Positions 60,113 through 64,000 of a stretch of DNA of 64,000 nucleotides are shown piece after piece. The first letter of the stretch is position 1. Every line of letters starts with the position of its first letter. The DNA comes from Squalus acanthias (taxonomy: Eukaryota). A program made the position numbers and the translations under genes. The notes under the pieces are model-generated. The model saw nothing but the letters and a program-made list of their open reading frames with translations. It made no database searches and was not told where the DNA came from. The stretch covers positions 31,436,001-31,500,000 of the forward strand of contig CM059432.1 in NCBI GenBank assembly GCA_030390025.1. The letters are read 5' to 3'.

Positions 60113-61200
60113 GGTCACACCCTACTGCACCAGTGTGACCAGCTACCCCGCAGCCATTCTGACTGAGATTTCCAATTTAGTACCGAATCAGGGTGGTTTG
60201 TGCTGTGAAGCCATGTCCAATACCAACTGAGCTGAGACTGGCCAAACTCACAAAGGCATACCCATTGACTAGTGTGACACATTGAGGGAGCAGGCCTCAG
60301 GCACACCGTGCCCACGTGCAGTTAGACCCAATCTACTGAGAGGCAGCCAAGGTCATTTTTATCTGAACAGCAGCACAGTTTATCATTTTTATCTGATTAG
60401 GCTTCTGTGAAACACCTTGTGATGCTTTTCTATGTTAAAGGCATTATATAAATGCAAGTTATTAAATTTACCTTTTACTAACTTCCATATTTGCCTTCTG
60501 TGCTTGCTTGGGTTACTTTGAATTTATATTTTGGGTTTGTCTTATCTATAACCACTGAATACATTAAATGCTTTGATGAGGACTACCCTTAACTGACTTC
60601 TTTCTGAACCATAAAGCTCAGGCTTCGCGAATCTTTTTCAGAACTCATTCCCTTTTCATTCGGGATTCATTTTGCTGCTCTTTCCTGCACCCTTTCCAGT
60701 GCATGTACCTCACAGGAGAAGCTCACTCTGCTAATTTTGGATGACCTCAAGAAAGAATGAATGAAAGAAAGGCAGACTTGCTTTAATTTTGCACATTATC
60801 ACATCTTTCAGAAAAATCCCAAAGAGCTTCACATTACAATGAATAGCTTTGTAGTGCAGCGATTGTTCTTATTTGTAGGCAAATGTGGCAGGTATTTTGA
60901 GTATAGCAAGATCCTTCGCACAGCATTGAGCTGAATGGTCAGTTAATGTTCATTTAATGCCTCAGGAACTTTGAATCCACCTGAATAGAAGGCACCTTAT
61001 GTATCTAAAGGACTTCACCCCTGAAAAGACAGCACTTGTGCGAGCCTAGATGATTTATTCACGGGCTGGAGTGGGCCTTAAAGCCAGAGACTTCTGAGTT
61101 GGAGGCACAAATACTTCCAAGAATTCAAGTTACACATAGGCCGGATTTTCTGGTAAGAATAACAGTGAGGCTATCAGCGGTCACTTCCTGGTTTCTGCTA

Positions 61201-64000
61201 GGGTGAAATTGGGCTCGGTAGCGCCCATATTTTAGGTGCTACGAGGCCCCTTAAGATTCCAAAATGGTGTCCACAGCACGCACACACATTTCTGATGTGA
61301 AATGCGCCAGCCTCCATATTGGTAAAGGGATTAGCACGCGCGCACCTAATGTCTGCCGGAAGCATGCAGAGCAGGCAGATCATGACGTCAATCAGCATGC
61401 AACGCTGATTTGTCGCCAGCGCTGCTATTATGGAGCTCCACGCTCCAGCCTATGGCCTTTCTTAACCTCACACAGCTGAACACAGCATTAACAACCCCCC
61501 ACCAATGCTATTTAAAGGGATCATCTACTATTTACAGGTTAGCTGCTGGTTCATTTCTTCTGGCTGTTGCGGTGATTCTACATGTTTTGGGTGCTTTCTA
61601 TAGTTGTTTAAAGTTTCCAAAGTCTACAAGGAGTGGCGCTGAAGTACTTTTTTGATGACTTCAAAGCTTCTGTACAGACCAGATTCTCTCAGACATGGGT
61701 GCACTAGTAGGCCTTCCTCTTGGAATCGAGCATGACTGGGAAAATGAAGGGAGGGCACGCAGAGCAGGACAAGCTGCTAGAAGAGAGAGGAGGGGGAGAA
61801 AGGTTCTCAGCAAGAGGCCATATCCGCCCAGAGTATTCAGGGAGAAATTCTCCTACCTGAACTTCAGCGACGAACAATGTTTGAGACATCTGCGCTTCAC
61901 GAAGGAATGTAGTCACTAAAATCTGCCACCTGCTGCAGCCACAACTCCGACCTCAGAGCAGAGCAAGGACGGCATTGCCAGTGGCTGTGAAGGTGACCGT
62001 GGCTGTGAACTTTTATGCGTCTGGCATCTTCCAGGCTGCTTCTGGAGATATTGGCCCAGAAATTGATCTCGCTCTGTTCCCGCGGGGGTAAGGCTTTCCC
62101 GCGATCTCTCACCTCGCTTGTGCTTTTTCAGATCCAGCTCGCACGAACTTCATGTTCTAGAGATCAGCTGGGCAGTGCTTGCGTATCCCAGCGGCGTAGT
62201 GAATTTGTGCGAGCTGTGGGATCACGTGACTCAGTTAGAGCCAATGGCAGCACACCATCTTCCATTCATAAGTTTCACAGCAGGCTGTGAAATCTATGAA
62301 TCTTACACCCCCCCCAAAATAACAGCTAAACCTCAATTAAATTAAAAAAAAAACCATCACATTAATAAAATAAGTATAGTTAATTAAATTAACCATTTTA
62401 AATAAAAAATTAAATTTTTGAAAAAATTTAAAATCTTTTAAAAAGTTATAAAAATAAACTTACCTGTCTTTAAAGTCTCTAAAAAAGATATACCTGTTAA
62501 AAAAAATTCAAAAAAATACTTAATTCACTACTTACCTTCTTAAAAGCGGGTCTTACTCCTCCTTTTTACATTTCCAAAATCTTCAGTACTTACCTGCGCG
62601 TCCAAAGCATGAAGTGCACAGCGTGCGCGCCGCCTGTAGCGCGCACGCGATGCACCGAGGACCCGCCCCCTTTTCAGAAGAGCAATTGCCGGTTTTCAGC
62701 GCATGCGCAGGGCATGCAGAAAACCGGCAATTGGAGTGGGAATACGCGAGAGTACGCAGTGCGTACTCTCGCGTCCCGGGATCAATTTTCGGCCCATTAA
62801 CAACATGTCACAGTTTACAGTGCACTGCTGCACGGGAGGCCACTGAGGCTCTCTATGAAAAGAGAGATACCTTCATTTCAGCCCCTCTTGCCAGAGAGAA
62901 GCAGGTGGAGTGAGCGCAAGGGTTTGCAAGGATTGCAGGCTTCCCCATGGTGCAGAGTGTCACTGACTGCACGCACATTGCATGCGCCTCATGTCAGCTC
63001 TGCCATGTACCTGAACCAAAAAGGATTCGACTCCCTCAACGTGCAGCTGGTGTGTGGCCATAGGCAGCGCATCATGCAGGTCAATGCCCTGGCAGCAGGT
63101 CACGATGCATTCATTCTATGGCATACATTCTGTGTCAGCTGTATTTCAACCACCACGGCAAACCAAACGGTGGCTACTGGGCAACAAGAGCTATCGGCTG
63201 ATGACAAGGCTCCTGGCTCTGGTTCGCAACTCACGCACACGTGCGCAGTAATCACACAATAGGAGCCATGCTGCCACAAGAAATCTGATAGAGCAGACCA
63301 TTGGCATCCTGAAGCAACGATTCTGCTGCCTGGACCACTCTGGAGGAGCCCTGCAGTACTCGGCTGTGTGGGTCTCAAGATTTGTCATGGTATCCTGCCT
63401 GCTGCACAACCTTGCCATCAGGAGGGAACAGTCCTTGCCACCGCCAAGGACTGTTCAAGAGCGATACCAGTAAACTCAACACTAATTCCCCATTCACCAA
63501 CAGTCCCACACTCCTTACCTTCCCTCTGTCACTGACCATCTGTCCTCTTGCCCACAATGTAAAAATAAAAGCCAACACAAAATACACATTCCAATCCAAA
63601 TTTATGAATTGTATCATGCCGTATTACATACAAAAATAAACTAATCACCCCTGTGCCTTACCTTAGTGCCTGTCTTCTTACGCTTTTGCCTGTCCTAGTG
63701 CTCCTATGAGGTTCTACCCCAGTGGCTGCAGCTTGGCTGGTGGAAGGCTGCTAACTTTCAGTAGAGGAGACTGAACTGGTCTTGCAGGACGACCTCAAGG
63801 AGCTCTGGGCCTAGAAGGCCCGGCTGTAGACTGCACCATCTCGGCATGGGCGGCAGCAGACTGGGCTGGCTGGCTGACAGGCAACAGCAAGGGCACTGGT
63901 GGAGTGGCAGGGGTGCGAGCACGAATGCTGTCATCCTGAAAAAGGACAGCAGGTTCGTGTTCCATGGAGCGACTGCCACTCTCCCAGGGTGATGCCTCAG
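61201..64000 (+). mobile_element. Harbinger copy 4 (related to copy 2), running off the window
   Basis: Terminus GGGTGAAATTGGG. Decayed transposase 61695-~63450 (RRPYPPRVFRE-like start, LNVQLVC, IEQTIGILKQRF). The 3' end of the partner gene lies on minus at ~63660-64000, similar to 41440-41790. Confidence 0.88.
62053..62795. mobile_element. Harbinger-type MITE inserted in the copy 4 transposase
   Basis: TIRs GGCCCAGAAATTGATC and GATCAATTTTCGGCCC with TSD ATT. Removing it restores SGDI-NNMSQF. CpG-rich ends and an AT-rich middle. Confidence 0.9.

Overview
Repeat-dense vertebrate genomic DNA, most likely cartilaginous fish (shark-type HE1/V-SINE, Deu-SINE and CR1 repeats). It looks intronic or intergenic, and no complete host gene is visible. 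Contents: four two-gene PIF/Harbinger transposon copies (DDE transposase plus a convergent, spliced Myb/SANT partner; one copy has both TIRs and a TTA TSD) and an older Harbinger fossil; at least six non-autonomous Harbinger-type MITEs with 3-bp TSDs; many CR1 and L2 LINE pieces; a CR1-group LINE that appears to begin with a tRNA-like Pol III head and lack ORF1; Penelope insertions carrying GIY-YIG fragments and minimal hammerhead-ribozyme motifs, one forming a ~216-bp spacerless palindrome; two long solo LTRs; Vingi and hAT fossils; a 2.2-kb purine minisatellite; an orphan C2H2 zinc-finger fragment; and one candidate 84-nt host exon with a GC donor. Most ORFs in the supplied track are TE pseudogene pieces or chance frames. 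Family names come from motif recognition only, not from database searches.
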